Shown: positions 63,174 through 64,000 of the stretch, piece after piece | Layout of the letters: each line of letters opens with the position of its first letter | How positions within the stretch are numbered: position 1 is the first letter of the stretch | Translations under genes and position numbers: made by a program | The notes under the pieces: generated by a model | The model's database searches: none | The model's input: only the letters and a program-made list of their open reading frames with translations | Told to the model about the DNA's origin: nothing | From: an uncultured bacterium | GTDB lineage: Bacteria > Acidobacteriota > Aminicenantia > Aminicenantales > Saccharicenantaceae | Direction of reading: 5' to 3' | NCBI GenBank assembly: GCA_963805015.1 | Contig: CAWDSL010000030.1 | Location: 6,258-70,257 of the forward strand | Length of the DNA: 64,000 nucleotides

Positions 63174-63360
63174 ATTTGTCAACTAGAATTGGCAGATTTT
63201 TTAAATGTCCTCATGGCGAATTCAAGAGTGATCTAAGTGCTAAAAATTGAGCTATATAATGTTTAGCGGAGTAACACAGAAAGGCCCAATTCTCTGCATG
63301 TGATCTCATCGTTGACATCTTGGACCGGATAAATAAGATATTGGTTAATTAAGCGCATAG

Positions 63361-64000
63361 ATGCACGAACTCTCCAAAGACAACCTCCTCCGCTCCTGGA
63401 AGGACATCTCCGCCTACCTGGGGTGCGATGTCCGGACCTGCCACCGCTGGGAGGAAAGGCACGGCATGCCCGTCCACCGGGCCGAGGGGGGAGAGCGGAA
63501 ATCCCCCGTTTTCGCCTATAAGGACGAGCTCGACGCCTGGTTCAAGGAGACCTTCCGGAACTCCCACCCGAACGGGGAGAAGGCCAAGCCCGAGCGCCCC
63601 CGCCTGGCCTGGATCCTAGGGATCGCCGCCGTGGTCGTCCTGGCCGGGGCCTTCGCCCTCTACAGGGAGGTTGGGGCTCGCCGCCAGCCGGCCGGTTTCG
63701 AGATCGAGGGCTCCGTCCTCATCGTCAAGGACAAGTCCGAGCGCGAGCTCTGGCGCTTCGATACCGGGGTCGACAACCTCGAGACCGACGCCTACTACCA
63801 TGCGAACTTCCAGGTCATCCACAAGAGCACGGGCAACATCCTGCCCATCATCGCCATCCGGGACATCGACGCGGACGGGGACCGGGAAGTGCTTTTCGCC
63901 CTCAGGCGGCAGTCCGACCAGACCGGCGAGGGGCTGCTCTATTGCTTCGACCGCAAAGGCGAAAAACGATGGGAGTTCAAGGCCGGCGGGCCGCTCGTCT
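63361..64000 (+). CDS. 3'-partial membrane protein: 'SWKDI' HTH-like domain, TM, FG-GAP / propeller-like extracytoplasmic domain (absent from the ORF track because it has no stop)
   Basis: My translation: MHELSKDNLLRSWKDISAYLGCDVRTCHRWEERHGMPVHRAEGGERKSPVFAYKDELDAWF...LAWILGIAAVVVLAGAFAL...DIDADGDREVLFA...LYCFDRKGEKRWEF. Confidence 0.85.
   Translation, partial: MHELSKDNLLRSWKDISAYLGCDVRTCHRWEERHGMPVHRAEGGERKSPVFAYKDELDAWFKETFRNSHPNGEKAKPERPRLAWILGIAAVVVLAGAFALYREVGARRQPAGFEIEGSVLIVKDKSERELWRFDTGVDNLETDAYYHANFQVIHKSTGNILPIIAIRDIDADGDREVLFALRRQSDQTGEGLLYCFDRKGEKRWEFKAGGPLV

Larger units (their letters stand above)
58920..63350. other. AT-rich genomic island (visually about 45% GC against about 68% flanks)
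   Basis: Abrupt compositional and codon shift covering the CHAT, anti-sigma and ECF genes; no integrase or flanking direct repeat seen. Confidence 0.85.

Overview
64 kb of high-GC bacterial chromosome (visually about 65-70% GC). The gene content (Oar-type TonB receptor, DUF5916, DUF6786, DUF6599, several 6-bladed propellers, HTH-TM-TPR proteins) suggests Acidobacteriota, probably Ca. Aminicenantia; this is an inference. It begins with the end of the atp operon (atpG-atpD-atpC) and trmN6. It then carries many secreted or periplasmic enzymes, mfd with two PPIases, pdaD, an envC / S41-like / yibQ cluster, an anaerobic sulfatase maturase, and five separate type II TA cassettes (MazEF-like twice, HicAB, BrnTA, YefM-YoeB), each with a canonical sigma70 promoter. 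Near the right end an AT-rich island of about 4.4 kb encodes an ECF sigma, a ZAS/TM anti-sigma and a signal-peptide TPR-CHAT (caspase-like) protease with an intact His-Cys dyad. Twelve apparent single-base insertions break nine ORFs, including essential atpG and atpD, and are most likely long-read errors; genes are reported in repaired form. Best leads: (1) the ECF / anti-sigma / exported CHAT cassette; (2) two tandem promoter-driven structured sRNA-like units with anti-SD-like C-rich loops at 38.57-38.85 kb; (3) membrane-tethered regulators sharing an 'SWK(E/D)ISAYL' HTH; (4) a catalytically dead S41 protease in the envC cluster; (5) a GGGAC-type REP-like palindrome family; (6) an orphan single-chain PilN-PilO lipoprotein; (7) two possibly disarmed TA toxins. 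No rRNA, tRNA, CRISPR array, integrase or transposase was recognised.
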